Of a DNA stretch of 64,000 nucleotides, positions 1 through 11,242 are shown piece by piece (position 1 is the first letter of the stretch; every line of letters starts with the position of its first letter). The DNA lies in the NCBI GenBank assembly GCA_947174665.1, contig CAMWJV010000005.1, positions 356 to 64,355 on the forward strand. The letters are read 5' to 3'. The notes below the pieces were generated by a model, which was given only the letters and a program-made list of their open reading frames with translations, was not told the origin of the DNA and searched no databases. A program made the translations under genes and the position numbers. Origin of the DNA: an uncultured Lachnospiraceae bacterium. Lineage in GTDB: Bacteria > Bacillota > Clostridia > Lachnospirales > Lachnospiraceae.

Positions 1-630
1 AGGCTTGTCGGTATCACGCTGAGGATCAGGAATATAGCTGTCTACAGTGCTCATCAGCTCCATGATCTTGTCGCCCCACTCGCTGCTGGGATCTTCCAGA
101 GCCTTCAGAGCGGAACCCTTGATGATAGGGCAGTCTGTGAACTCATACTCTTCAAGCTGCTCGGTGATCTCCATCTCAACCAGCTCCAGCAGTTCAGGAT
201 CGTCAACCATATCGCACTTGTTCATGAACACAACGATATAAGGCACGCCAACCTGACGGGACAGAAGAATGTGCTCCTTGGTCTGAGCCATAACGCCGTC
301 GGTAGCAGCTACAACCAGAATAGCGCCGTCCATCTGAGCAGCACCGGTAATCATGTTCTTTACGTAGTCAGCATGGCCCGGGCAGTCAACGTGTGCGTAG
401 TGTCTGTTCTCGGTCTGATACTCTACGTGTGCGGTAGAGATAGTAATACCACGCTCTCTCTCTTCGGGAGCCTTGTCGATGTTCTCGAAATCAACCTTCT
501 CGTTGCCGGCAACCTTCTCAGCCAGAACCTTGGTGATTGCTGCGGTCAGAGTAGTTTTACCATGGTCAACGTGACCAATGGTTCCAATGTTACAATGGGG
601 CTTTGTTCTTTCAAATTTAGCTTTAGCCAT
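1..630 (-). CDS. tuf: Elongation factor Tu, 5' part (runs off the window's left edge)
   Basis: Manual translation from ATG at 630: [27 protein letters not shown]...; RBS AAGGAGG upstream; follows fusA. Absent from the ORF track because it has no stop in the window. Confidence 0.97.
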   Translation of the reverse strand, partial: MAKAKFERTKPHCNIGTIGHVDHGKTTLTAAITKVLAEKVAGNEKVDFENIDKAPEERERGITISTAHVEYQTENRHYAHVDCPGHADYVKNMITGAAQMDGAILVVAATDGVMAQTKEHILLSRQVGVPYIVVFMNKCDMVDDPELLELVEMEITEQLEEYEFTDCPIIKGSALKALEDPSSEWGDKIMELMSTVDSYIPDPQRDTDKP

Positions 631-731
631 TATTAAAGTCCTCCTTCAAAATAAATGAATCTTGTTTTGTTATTTTTCCCGCCGAATCGCACTTCCGCAC
701 ACTCGGCGCTTTTTTTACTCGGCTACTTCTG

Positions 732-760
732 ATTATATTAAATAACCAAAGGTTTTTCAA
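732..760 (-). promoter_or_regulatory. sigmaA promoter for tuf
   Basis: TTGAAA-17 bp-TATAAT on the minus strand in the fusA-tuf gap. Confidence 0.7.
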
Positions 761-819
761 GTAATTTTTTTGATAATATGCAACCATACACGAAAATTTG
801 ATATTAGCAGTGTACAATA

Positions 820-2982
820 TCAGCCTTTCTTAGCCGCCAGTACCTTCTCCTGTACGTTCTTGGGAACCGGCTCATACTTCTCGAAGAACATGGAATAGTT
901 GCCGCGTCCCTGGGTTCTGGAACGGAGGTCGGTAGAATATCCGAACATCTCTGCAAGAGGAACGAACGCACGTACCATCTTGCCTCCGCCGATATCATCC
1001 ATACCTTCCACACGTCCACGACGTGAGTTCAGGTCACCGATTACATCACCCATATATTCCTCAGGCATCGTAACCTCAACCTTCATAATAGGCTCGAGCA
1101 GCACGGGTGCCGCCTTCTGCATAGCCTCCTTGAATGCCATGGAACCGGCAATGTGGAAAGCCATCTCAGAGGAGTCTACCTCATGGTAGGAACCGTCATA
1201 TACGTTTGCATGCACGCCCAGAACGGGGAATCCGCCGAGGATACCGGCCTGAGCCGCTTCTCTGATACCTTCGCCTACTGCAGGAATATATTCCTTCGGA
1301 ATAGATCCGCCCACAACAGTGGATTCAAACAGCAGTACAGGAGGTTCGTTGATCAGGATGTTGGCCTTAGGATCAAACTCAAATTTCTCGCAGTTTGCTT
1401 CCACAGGCTCGAACTTAACCTTACAGTGACCGTACTGTCCACGTCCGCCGGACTGCTTGGCGTACTTGGAATCTACCTCTACAGCCTTGGTGAAAGCTTC
1501 CTTATACGCAACCTGAGGTGCGCCGACGTTAGCTTCTACCTTAAACTCACGAAGCAGACGGTCTACGATGATCTCCAGATGGAGCTCGCCCATACCTGCA
1601 ATAATGGTCTGGCCGGTCTCCTGATTTGTATGAGCGCGGAAAGTAGGATCTTCCTCTGCCAGCTTTGCCAGCGCCTCACCCATCTTACCCTGACCTGCTT
1701 TGGTCTTAGGCTCGATAGCAAGCTCGATAACGGGCTCAGGGAACTCCATGGACTCAAGGATCACGGGGTGCTGCTCATCGCAGATAGTGTCGCCGGTAGT
1801 GGTGAACTTGAAACCGACTGCCGCCGCAATATCACCGGAGTAAACCTTATCCAGCTCCGCACGCTTATTTGCGTGCATCTGCAGGATACGTCCCACACGC
1901 TCTTTCTTATCTTTGGTTGCATTCAGCACATAAGAACCGGAATTCATACTGCCTGAATACACACGGAAAAACGCAAGCTTTCCTACAAAAGGATCCGCCA
2001 TGATCTTGAATGCCAGCGCTGAGAAGGGCTCCTCGTCGGACGAATGCCTCTCAACCTCATTGCCCTCCAGATCGGTACCCTTAATAGCAGGGATATCTGT
2101 AGGGGCAGGCATATACTCAAGAATAGCATCCAACAGCTTCTGCACGCCCCTGTTGCGGTAAGCGGAACCACAGCATACGGGGATCGCAGTACACTCACAG
2201 GTTGCCTTGCGCAGAACCTTTTTCATTTCTTCAACGGAAGGCTCTTCGCCCTCCAGATACATCATCATCAGGTCGTCATCCAGCTCGCAGATCTTCTCCA
2301 CCAGTTCGGAACGATACAGCTCTGCATCATCCTTCATATCGCCGAGATCATCTGTCACCGTGATGTCTTCACCCTTGTCATCATTGTAGATATATGCCTT
2401 CATCTCAAACAGATCAATGATTCCTTTGAAATCATCTTCCTTGCCGATAGGCAGCTGAACAACGATGGCGTTTTTTCCAAGCCTTGTTCTGATCTGCTCA
2501 ACTGCACCATAGAAGTTTGCACCCAGAATGTCCATCTTGTTGATGAACGCCATACGGGGTACGTTGTAGGTATCAGCCTGACGCCAAACATTCTCGGACT
2601 GAGGCTCTACACCGCCCTTTGCACAGAAAACTCCGACAGCGCCATCCAAAACACGAAGGGAACGCTCTACTTCTACAGTAAAGTCAACGTGGCCAGGAGT
2701 ATCAATAATATTGATACGGTGCTCCAACGCGCCTTCACAGGGCTTGGTTTCTTTTTCCAAAGTCCAGTGGCAGGTTGTAGCTGCAGATGTGATGGTGATG
2801 CCTCGCTCCTGCTCCTGCTCCATCCAGTCCATGGTAGCAGTGCCTTCATGAGTATCACCTATCTTGTAGTTTACGCCAGTATAATACAGAATACGCTCAG
2901 TCAATGTGGTCTTACCGGCATCGATATGAGCCATAATTCCGATATTTCTGGTTCTCTCTAACGGATATTCTCTTCCAGCCAA
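820..2982 (-). CDS. fusA: Elongation factor G
   Basis: [38 protein letters not shown]; TTG start. Confidence 0.99.
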   Translation of the reverse strand: MAGREYPLERTRNIGIMAHIDAGKTTLTERILYYTGVNYKIGDTHEGTATMDWMEQEQERGITITSAATTCHWTLEKETKPCEGALEHRINIIDTPGHVDFTVEVERSLRVLDGAVGVFCAKGGVEPQSENVWRQADTYNVPRMAFINKMDILGANFYGAVEQIRTRLGKNAIVVQLPIGKEDDFKGIIDLFEMKAYIYNDDKGEDITVTDDLGDMKDDAELYRSELVEKICELDDDLMMMYLEGEEPSVEEMKKVLRKATCECTAIPVCCGSAYRNRGVQKLLDAILEYMPAPTDIPAIKGTDLEGNEVERHSSDEEPFSALAFKIMADPFVGKLAFFRVYSGSMNSGSYVLNATKDKKERVGRILQMHANKRAELDKVYSGDIAAAVGFKFTTTGDTICDEQHPVILESMEFPEPVIELAIEPKTKAGQGKMGEALAKLAEEDPTFRAHTNQETGQTIIAGMGELHLEIIVDRLLREFKVEANVGAPQVAYKEAFTKAVEVDSKYAKQSGGRGQYGHCKVKFEPVEANCEKFEFDPKANILINEPPVLLFESTVVGGSIPKEYIPAVGEGIREAAQAGILGGFPVLGVHANVYDGSYHEVDSSEMAFHIAGSMAFKEAMQKAAPVLLEPIMKVEVTMPEEYMGDVIGDLNSRRGRVEGMDDIGGGKMVRAFVPLAEMFGYSTDLRSRTQGRGNYSMFFEKYEPVPKNVQEKVLAAKKG

Positions 2983-3012
2983 GATTTTTTCCTCCTATAT
3001 TAATTTAGAACC

Positions 3013-3579
<567 letters not shown>

Positions 3580-3670
3580 TTATCATGACAGAATTCCAAC
3601 ACTTATCTTAGTTTCGTTTTTGTGGTACAAAACTGACGCAGCAGCGTCAACAGTCTGAGCCGGGAGCTGA

Positions 3671-4093
3671 TTACTTCTTAGCTTCCTTGGGCCTCTTCGC
3701 GCCATACTTGGAACGAGCCTGCTTCCTGTTGGCAACACCTGCGGTATCAAGGGTACCACGGATGATGTGGTATCTGGTACCGGGCAGATCCTTTACCCTG
3801 CCACCACGGATCAGTACAACGCTGTGCTCCTGCAGATTGTGGCCTTCTCCGGGAATGTAGCTTGTCACTTCGATTCCGTTGGAAAGACGTACTCTGGCAA
3901 TCTTTCTGAGCGCTGAGTTAGGCTTCTTAGGAGTCGCGGTCTTAACTGCGGTACACACACCACGCTTCTGGGGAGCAGATACGTTCGTAGCCTTCTTGTG
4001 AAGGGAGTTGTATCCTTTCTGCAGAGCCGGTGCAGTGGACTTCTTTACAGTGGTCTGACGTCCTTTTCTCACTAACTGGTTAAATGTCGGCAT
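3671..4093 (-). CDS. rpsL: 30S ribosomal protein S12
   Basis: [32 protein letters not shown]. Confidence 0.99.
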   Translation of the reverse strand: MPTFNQLVRKGRQTTVKKSTAPALQKGYNSLHKKATNVSAPQKRGVCTAVKTATPKKPNSALRKIARVRLSNGIEVTSYIPGEGHNLQEHSVVLIRGGRVKDLPGTRYHIIRGTLDTAGVANRKQARSKYGAKRPKEAKK

Positions 4094-4174
4094 TCTGTTT
4101 CACCTCTTTCTGAAATGTAATATATTTTCTGCCCGCAGACACGCAAAACAGTGCATCCACGCGCATGCTTTATT

Positions 4175-4203
4175 AGTATAGCCGTTTGCAGATACGTTGT
4201 CAA
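4175..4203 (-). promoter_or_regulatory. sigmaA promoter of the str operon
   Basis: TTGACA-17 bp-TATACT upstream of rpsL. Confidence 0.8.
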
Positions 4204-4212
4204 CAATTTTTT

Positions 4213-5316
4213 TCATGCAAACAGCCATGTCAAATATGGCAGCAACATCACCGTGGGCTCCCAGCTCTTCACTAAGAATATCACCAGATACATTGTGTAG
4301 GCCAGTATTACGGAACAAAGGAAAAAAATCTTTTGTTTCTTATTTTCTATTGCTTTTAACACGATGGGTATCAAAAACACATGGCCCAGCACCATGTAAT
4401 AGCATATCCTGGATGTCTCCGGAATATAATATCCGAAACTGTAAATGATCAGTGCAAAAAGGTTCAGGTTAAAAAGCGTTTCCGCCTTAGAATTACCTTT
4501 AATCCCCTTTTTATAATAGATTAATGAAAAAAACAATACCACCAGACATTTTGCGATATTTGCATAGGAGATCGTCTCCACATCCAAGATCATGTCCCCT
4601 TCATAATACGGGTAAAATATAAATATTAATCTTCTGAACACTGCTTTTCCCAGTCCGAGCGCCAGACAGGCTGCCGGAATAAGCCACACTGTCTTTTTAC
4701 TCCACTTCAGGTAATAAGCAATAATATATACCGGTATTACCAGCAGAACTGATTTGTGAAAAAAGGCTGCAAACACGATCCAGAAAACAAATCTGACATA
4801 ATCTTTTTCAAACAGGAACTTCATGGCGTAGGTGCAGACCGCCATCACGAAATAGTACCGCACATTGCTGAAGCTCATGAAATAGTAACCGTTTGTCATA
4901 AAAAGGAAAAATGTCATCACAAACCAGTCTGCACTGTCAAACAGCCCTTTTATAAAGAAAAGACTCGTCAAAAATGCCATGACCGCAAATACAATCTTGT
5001 AATTGTCATATCCGAAGAGACCCTGCAGAACCTTTACCAGGGCCTTAAACCCAATTTCAAAGGATACCTTTGTATCCCCGTTGATAATATGCAGAAAATT
5101 ATACCTGTAAACCCAATAGTCATTTCCAATACCGACTCTCAAAGCCGAAAGGGCAAACAAAACCGCAAAAATCCCCGTCAGAAGCACTGCATTCAACATC
5201 TCCTGCCGGTTTTTTGCGGCCGCTCTGCCCATAATATTTGTTTTTCCTGTGTTGGCGCTGTTTACAAAATAAGCCATAAAAACCGTAAGCGCCGTTACCA
5301 GTAAATATAGAATCAT
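4213..5316 (-). CDS. EpsG-family membrane protein (putative Wzy-like polysaccharide polymerase)
   Basis: Multi-TM protein with LRVGIGNDY, EIGF, NVRY and FHKS motifs typical of EpsG. Confidence 0.8.
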   Translation of the reverse strand: MILYLLVTALTVFMAYFVNSANTGKTNIMGRAAAKNRQEMLNAVLLTGIFAVLFALSALRVGIGNDYWVYRYNFLHIINGDTKVSFEIGFKALVKVLQGLFGYDNYKIVFAVMAFLTSLFFIKGLFDSADWFVMTFFLFMTNGYYFMSFSNVRYYFVMAVCTYAMKFLFEKDYVRFVFWIVFAAFFHKSVLLVIPVYIIAYYLKWSKKTVWLIPAACLALGLGKAVFRRLIFIFYPYYEGDMILDVETISYANIAKCLVVLFFSLIYYKKGIKGNSKAETLFNLNLFALIIYSFGYYIPETSRICYYMVLGHVFLIPIVLKAIENKKQKIFFLCSVILAYTMYLVIFLVKSWEPTVMLLPYLTWLFA

Positions 5317-6338
5317 TACCTGCTCCTATAATACATGCTGTAATATGCGGAAAGCAATTTTTCGTCAGCATCAGCCAAAACCACCGCGGTGACTTTTATG
5401 TCCTGACGACCAAGCTGTTCAATCAAACGCTCAAAAGCCTTATCGTTCCTGCATCCGGCTTTCAGTACAAGGAGCACCTTCTCACATTCCCGTATCCTGT
5501 CCAATTCTTCCGGATGCTCTGCCGGATTCCTGCAGCTTATGATCTTTCTCGCTTTATCTTCCGGTATTGCAAATTCTTCATCTTGAAAATCCTCATCCAC
5601 AAATACCTTTGCGATATTTACGGATTCTTTCAGAACATATTTCCAATTCGGCGCAAATTCAGGCATAAAGGGTGCCCCAAGACAGGTAATATGATACCTC
5701 TTCTCAATGGTAGAGGGAATATAAACCGCAGTATCAACTATCAGCATAATAAGGATCCCAAGCGTTGATATTCCAAGTCCGAGACCTCCTCCCAGGAAAC
5801 ATGCATTTCCGATCCTGAGTTTTGAACTGTCCCTGACATCGTCTCCCGCTTTTGCTATTTCGATGGTTTGTATTTCTTTCCTGATATCCGCAAATTTCGG
5901 AACAATCTCCTCCATAATGGAAGCCAGCCTCAACGAGAGCTCCGGAGAATGGGTGTTGCAGCGCACATAGAGATACCGGACATCCGAATCAATTGTGGCT
6001 GTGATATATGAATAGATCTCATCCCCGGAAAGTTCTCCGGCCATTTTTTCATGGACATAATCCATAAAAAAATCTGTATGAATCACCTCTCCCCAGGTAA
6101 AGTAATTGTAATAATCATATTCTTGTCCCTGGGCATCTTCTGCAAAGTCAATGTAAAAAACCGTCTCAGTCTGATAGGTTCTTCCCCCTCTTGCCACTGT
6201 TCTGGCATAAAAATGACATGCTCCAACCAGAACAATGCCCGCCAGCATAGCAACGGGAATGATCCAGATCTTCCTTAAAAATCTGAGCCATAACAACTTA
6301 TAGTCCACAGGCTCTCTGCTATATTCGCATTCCCACAT
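5316..6338 (-). CDS. Wzz/CpsC-like polysaccharide chain-length or co-polymerase protein
   Basis: N-terminal 'DYKLLWLRFLRKIW'+TM, second TM with Gly-rich GGGLGLG, 'IEKRYHITCLG' and a degenerate kinase-like tail. Confidence 0.65.
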   Translation of the reverse strand: MWECEYSREPVDYKLLWLRFLRKIWIIPVAMLAGIVLVGACHFYARTVARGGRTYQTETVFYIDFAEDAQGQEYDYYNYFTWGEVIHTDFFMDYVHEKMAGELSGDEIYSYITATIDSDVRYLYVRCNTHSPELSLRLASIMEEIVPKFADIRKEIQTIEIAKAGDDVRDSSKLRIGNACFLGGGLGLGISTLGILIMLIVDTAVYIPSTIEKRYHITCLGAPFMPEFAPNWKYVLKESVNIAKVFVDEDFQDEEFAIPEDKARKIISCRNPAEHPEELDRIRECEKVLLVLKAGCRNDKAFERLIEQLGRQDIKVTAVVLADADEKLLSAYYSMYYRSR

Positions 6339-6567
6339 TATCAGCGGCCTCCCATCAGTTCTTCAAACAATTCATAGCTCTTTCTCAATTCTCATATTCC
6401 TTTACGGATTACCATGGAAAAGGTGGTAATGATAGTATCCGTCCTGAAAACAGATCCGTCCGTATATGTGATGGTTTTATCTTCAGGATTGCATGTCCCC
6501 GCTGTGTACCGTATAGCTTTCGGTTCAGACAGCTTAAAAGTACACTATCATATATTATCTGTAACGG

Positions 6568-7419
6568 TCAACCATTTTCTTTCAGCAGCTTCACATACCT
6601 GCCAAGCGCATCCTGCCAGGGCGGCAGCTTTTCAAATCCGTTCTCCGTCAGCTTATCCTTATTCATACGGCTGTTTGCCGGGCGCTTTGCTTTAGCCCCA
6701 TACTCCTCCGTAGTCACAGGCACCACGTTTACGGAGACGCCGGCTTCCCTGAAAATAGCGCAGGCAAAATCATACCAGGAGCAGTTTCCCTCGTTGGTGG
6801 CATGATATACACCGTACTTTTCCGTAAGAACCATATCCACCAGCAGCCTCGCCAGGTCATAGGTGTATGTGGGCGAACCAAACTGGTCATTCACCACTCG
6901 TATGGTATCGTGGCTCTCCGCCAGCTTCAGCATGGTTTTGACAAAGTTCTTTCCGTTGATACCAAACACCCATGCAATGCGCACGATAAAGTACTTGTCC
7001 AGCAGTTCCTGAACCGCCAGTTCACCCTCGTACTTTGTTCGTCCGTACACGCTCTGAGGCTCTCTCTCATCATCCGGCTCCCATGGACGCTCGCCCAGTC
7101 CGCTGAACACATAATCGGTACTGATGTATATCATCTTAATGTCCAGTTCCCTGCACACCGCGGCAATATTCCGGGGACCCTCCGCATTGACTCTGCGGCA
7201 GAGATCCTCGTTTTCCTCCGCAGCATCCACCGCTGTGTACGCGGCACAGTGAATCACCGCGTCAGGTGACGCATCTTTGATCACCCTCTCCACACATGCA
7301 GCATCGGTGACATCCATCTCATCGATGTCCACCCCCACTGCCTGAATACCTCGTTTTGTCAGTTCATTCACCACATCATAGCCCAACTGTCCCTTTACGC
7401 CAGTCACAAAAACTTTCAT
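6568..7419 (-). CDS. rfbD: dTDP-4-dehydrorhamnose reductase
   Basis: VTGVKGQLG, HCAAYTAVD, ISTDYVF, YGRTKYEGE, DQFGSPT. Confidence 0.96.
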   Translation of the reverse strand: MKVFVTGVKGQLGYDVVNELTKRGIQAVGVDIDEMDVTDAACVERVIKDASPDAVIHCAAYTAVDAAEENEDLCRRVNAEGPRNIAAVCRELDIKMIYISTDYVFSGLGERPWEPDDEREPQSVYGRTKYEGELAVQELLDKYFIVRIAWVFGINGKNFVKTMLKLAESHDTIRVVNDQFGSPTYTYDLARLLVDMVLTEKYGVYHATNEGNCSWYDFACAIFREAGVSVNVVPVTTEEYGAKAKRPANSRMNKDKLTENGFEKLPPWQDALGRYVKLLKENG

Positions 7420-7452
7420 AATAACAAGCTCCTCTTTGCCCCTATATTATAC

Positions 7453-7492
7453 AAAAGGAGGAAGATAGATAAACCCCCTCTTCCCCCTCTTT
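7453..7492 (-). terminator. Putative intrinsic terminator after rpoC
   Basis: Imperfect GAGGGGGAAGA/TCTTCCTCCTT stem followed by Ts on the minus strand. Confidence 0.5.
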
Positions 7493-7517
7493 CTGCTCTG
7501 CCTTTTATCGGCAGGGA

Positions 7518-10500
7518 TTATGATTCAGTTACGGTAACTGCTTCTGTCTCTACATCTGCTTCAGCTTCCGCTTCCTGCACTTCCTCAATGCTGATCTCCT
7601 CTTCGTTGTCAAGTTCGTCGAATGAGATTGTTTCCGCCGCATCCGTGCTCAGTCTCGTGTTACGGTATCTCTTCATTCCCGTACCCACAGGAATCAGCTT
7701 ACCGATGATGACATTCTCCTTCAAGCCGATCAGGTTATCCACCTTGCCCTTGATAGCAGCTTCCGTCAAAACCTTCGTAGTCTCCTGGAAGGATGCCGCC
7801 GACAGGAAGGAATTGGTTGCAAGAGCCGCCTTTGTGATACCCAGCAGCACCTGCTTGCCCTCCGCGGGCTCCTTGCCTTCCGCTGCCAGTTCCTCGTTCA
7901 TGTCCTCATACTCCAGAACATCAACCAGTGTGCCGGGCAGGAAATCCGTATCTCCATTGTTCTCAATACGAACCTTCTTCAACATCTGGCGGACAATCAC
8001 CTCAATATGCTTATCCGCAATATCAACACCCTGAAGACGATAAACTCTCTGCACCTCCCGAAGCATATAATCCTGCACAGAACGGACTCCCTTAATCTTC
8101 AGCAGATCATGAGGATTTACAGAACCTTCTGTCAGTTCATCTCCGGCCTCAAGCACCTGCCCATCTATTACCTTGATACGTGAGCCGTAAGGAATCAGGT
8201 ATGCCTTGGACTCTCCGGTCTCGTCGTTGGTAATGACGACCTCCCTCTTCTTCTTGGTGTCCTTAATCTCGACCCTGCCCGCGAACTCCGCAATAATCGC
8301 CAGACCCTTGGGCTTTCTTGCTTCAAACAACTCCTCCACACGGGGAAGACCCTGTGTGATATCATCACCGGCAACACCACCGGCATGGAAAGTTCTCATT
8401 GTCAGCTGGGTTCCGGGTTCACCGATAGACTGTGCGGCAATGATACCTACCGCCTCGCCCACCTGCACCGCTTCACCGGTTGCCATATTTGCACCGTAGC
8501 ACTTTGCACAGATACCCACATGGGAACGACAGGTCAAAATGGTTCGAATCTTCACCGCCTCAACGGGCTCACCTGCCTCGTTCACACCCACGCTCAGAAT
8601 CCTGGCCGCACGGCTGGGGGTGATCATATGGTTGTGCTTCACGATCATGTTACCATCTTTATCGTAAATATCCTCGCAGGAATATCTTCCCGTGATTCTG
8701 TCTTTCAGGCTCTCGATCGTTTCCTTGCCGTCCATGAATGCTTTTACCACGATACCGGGAATTTCATCCTTCCCCTCGCAGCAGTCCGTCTCGCGAATGG
8801 ACAGTTCCTGCGAAACATCAACCATTCGCCTGGTCAGATAACCGGAGTCTGCTGTACGAAGAGCGGTATCGGACAGTCCCTTACGAGCACCGTGTGCGGA
8901 CATGAAATACTCCAGCACGTCCAGACCCTCACGGAAGTTGGACTTGATGGGCAGTTCAATAGTACGTCCGGTTGTATCCGCCATCAATCCGCGCATACCG
9001 GCAAGCTGCTTAATCTGCTGGTTGGATCCACGGGCACCGGAGTCAGCCATCATAAAGATATTACTGTACTTATCCAGTCCGGCAAGCAGCACGTCCGTCA
9101 GCTCTTTATCAGTCTCGTTCCAGGTCTCCACAACCGCACGGTAACGTTCCTCCTCGGTAATCAGACCCCTGCGGAAATTGGCTGCAATCTTATCTACTGT
9201 ATCCTGTGCTTCCGCCAGCAGCTCTGCCTTGCGCTCCGGCACGGTCATATCTGAGATGGATACCGTCATGGCCGCTCTGGTGGAATACTTGTAGCCGATG
9301 GATTTCACATCATCCAGCACCTCTGCGGTTCTCACAGCCCCGTGGGTGTTGATAACCTTCTCCAGAATCTGCTTCAGCTGCTTTTTACCTACATGGAAAT
9401 CCACTTCCGGCTTCAGGAAATCCTCCGGTTTAGTTCTGTCCACATAGCCCAGATCCTGAGGAAGAATTTCATTAAAGATAAAACGTCCCAGTGTGGACTC
9501 CACATTTCCGCTGATCACCTCGCCGTCAGCATTTTTTCTGCTCACACGGACAGTAATCCTGGAATGCAGAGTACAAGCCTTATTCTCATAGGCAAGGATC
9601 GCCTCGTTTACACTCTTATAGAACTTTCCTTCACCCAATGCTCCCGGTCTCTCCTGGGTCAGGTAATAAATACCCAGCACCATATCCTGAGAAGGAACAG
9701 CCACAGGGCCGCCATCAGAGGGCTTCAGCAGGTTATTGGGAGACAGCAGCAGGAAACGGCACTCTGCCTGAGCCTCCACAGACAGGGGAAGATGCACTGC
9801 CATCTGGTCTCCGTCGAAGTCCGCATTGAACGCAGTACATACCAGAGGATGCAGCTTGATGGCCTTACCCTCCACCAGAATGGGCTCAAAGGCCTGGATG
9901 CCCAGCCTGTGCAGTGTCGGAGCACGGTTCAGCATCACGGGATGCTCCTTGATAACCTCCTCCAGCACATCCCACACCTGTGTATCCATCTTATCCACGA
10001 GCTTCTTTGCATTCTTAATGTTCTGGCTGATTCCCTTTGCCACCAGTTCCTTCATCACAAAGGGCTTAAACAGCTCGATTGCCATCTCCTTGGGCAGACC
10101 GCACTGGTAAATCTTCAGTTCAGGACCCACCACGATAACGGAACGCCCGGAATAGTCCACACGCTTTCCAAGCAGATTCTGCCGGAAACGTCCGGATTTA
10201 CCCTTCAGCATATCGGAGAGGGACTTCAAAGCCCTGTTGCCGGGGCCGGTGACAGGACGCCCTCTTCTGCCGTTGTCGATCAGGGCATCCACTGCCTCCT
10301 GCAGCATTCTCTTCTCATTGCGGACAATAATATCCGGCGCCCCCAGTTCAAGCAGTCTCTTCAACCGGTTGTTCCTGTTGATGATTCTTCTGTACAGATC
10401 GTTCAGGTCAGAGGTTGCAAAACGTCCGCCGTCCAGCTGTACCATAGGGCGGATATCGGGCGGGATGACGGGGATCACATCCATCACCATCCACTCCGGC

Positions 10501-11189
10501 CTGTTGCCGGATTCGCGAAAGGCCTCCACAACCTCCAGCCGCTTGATAATGCGGGCCCGCTTTTGCCCGGAAGACTCCTTCAGGCCTGTCTTAAGCTCCA
10601 CCGCCTCAGTTTCCAGATCAATGGCCTGCAGCAGCTCCTTGATGGCTTCTGCACCCATGCCTACACGGAACTTATTTCCATAGGTCTCCCTTGCGTCCTG
10701 ATACTCCTTCTCGGAGAGGATCTGCTTATACTCAAGACCGCTTTCTCCGGGATCCAGCACGATATAAGACGCAAAATACAATACCTTCTCCAGCACTCTG
10801 GGAGACAGATCCAAAATCAGTCCCATACGGCTGGGGATACCTTTAAAATACCAGATATGGGACACGGGAGCCGCAAGCTCAATATGCCCCATGCGCTCCC
10901 TGCGGACACTCGCCTTTGTCACTTCAACGCCGCATCGGTCGCAGACAACACCCTTATATCTAATCTTCTTATACTTACCGCAATGACACTCCCAGTCCTT
11001 GCTGGGTCCGAAAATCTTCTCACAGAACAGACCGTCCCTCTCGGGCTTTAAGGTTCTGTAATTAATGGTCTCCGGCTTCAACACCTCGCCATGGGACCAG
11101 TCGCGAATCTTTTCCGGTGAAGCCAGGCCAATCTTGATCGCATCAAATGTCATAGGCTGATAAGCTGTTTCATTTTTAACTTCCGGCAT
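7518..11189 (-). CDS. rpoC: RNA polymerase beta' subunit
   Basis: [12 protein letters not shown] catalytic motif, Zn-finger CHC...CDRC. Confidence 0.99.
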   Translation of the reverse strand: MPEVKNETAYQPMTFDAIKIGLASPEKIRDWSHGEVLKPETINYRTLKPERDGLFCEKIFGPSKDWECHCGKYKKIRYKGVVCDRCGVEVTKASVRRERMGHIELAAPVSHIWYFKGIPSRMGLILDLSPRVLEKVLYFASYIVLDPGESGLEYKQILSEKEYQDARETYGNKFRVGMGAEAIKELLQAIDLETEAVELKTGLKESSGQKRARIIKRLEVVEAFRESGNRPEWMVMDVIPVIPPDIRPMVQLDGGRFATSDLNDLYRRIINRNNRLKRLLELGAPDIIVRNEKRMLQEAVDALIDNGRRGRPVTGPGNRALKSLSDMLKGKSGRFRQNLLGKRVDYSGRSVIVVGPELKIYQCGLPKEMAIELFKPFVMKELVAKGISQNIKNAKKLVDKMDTQVWDVLEEVIKEHPVMLNRAPTLHRLGIQAFEPILVEGKAIKLHPLVCTAFNADFDGDQMAVHLPLSVEAQAECRFLLLSPNNLLKPSDGGPVAVPSQDMVLGIYYLTQERPGALGEGKFYKSVNEAILAYENKACTLHSRITVRVSRKNADGEVISGNVESTLGRFIFNEILPQDLGYVDRTKPEDFLKPEVDFHVGKKQLKQILEKVINTHGAVRTAEVLDDVKSIGYKYSTRAAMTVSISDMTVPERKAELLAEAQDTVDKIAANFRRGLITEEERYRAVVETWNETDKELTDVLLAGLDKYSNIFMMADSGARGSNQQIKQLAGMRGLMADTTGRTIELPIKSNFREGLDVLEYFMSAHGARKGLSDTALRTADSGYLTRRMVDVSQELSIRETDCCEGKDEIPGIVVKAFMDGKETIESLKDRITGRYSCEDIYDKDGNMIVKHNHMITPSRAARILSVGVNEAGEPVEAVKIRTILTCRSHVGICAKCYGANMATGEAVQVGEAVGIIAAQSIGEPGTQLTMRTFHAGGVAGDDITQGLPRVEELFEARKPKGLAIIAEFAGRVEIKDTKKKREVVITNDETGESKAYLIPYGSRIKVIDGQVLEAGDELTEGSVNPHDLLKIKGVRSVQDYMLREVQRVYRLQGVDIADKHIEVIVRQMLKKVRIENNGDTDFLPGTLVDVLEYEDMNEELAAEGKEPAEGKQVLLGITKAALATNSFLSAASFQETTKVLTEAAIKGKVDNLIGLKENVIIGKLIPVGTGMKRYRNTRLSTDAAETISFDELDNEEEISIEEVQEAEAEADVETEAVTVTES

Positions 11190-11242
11190 GAATGGTACTC
11201 CCTTCTAAGCTATTAGCATTTATTTAGGCGAAACATCGCCTT

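Noticed and set aside
6340-6560. Small gene between rfbD and the Wzz-like gene
   Set aside because: Only short broken frames without a convincing start; may be a relic but cannot be assigned.
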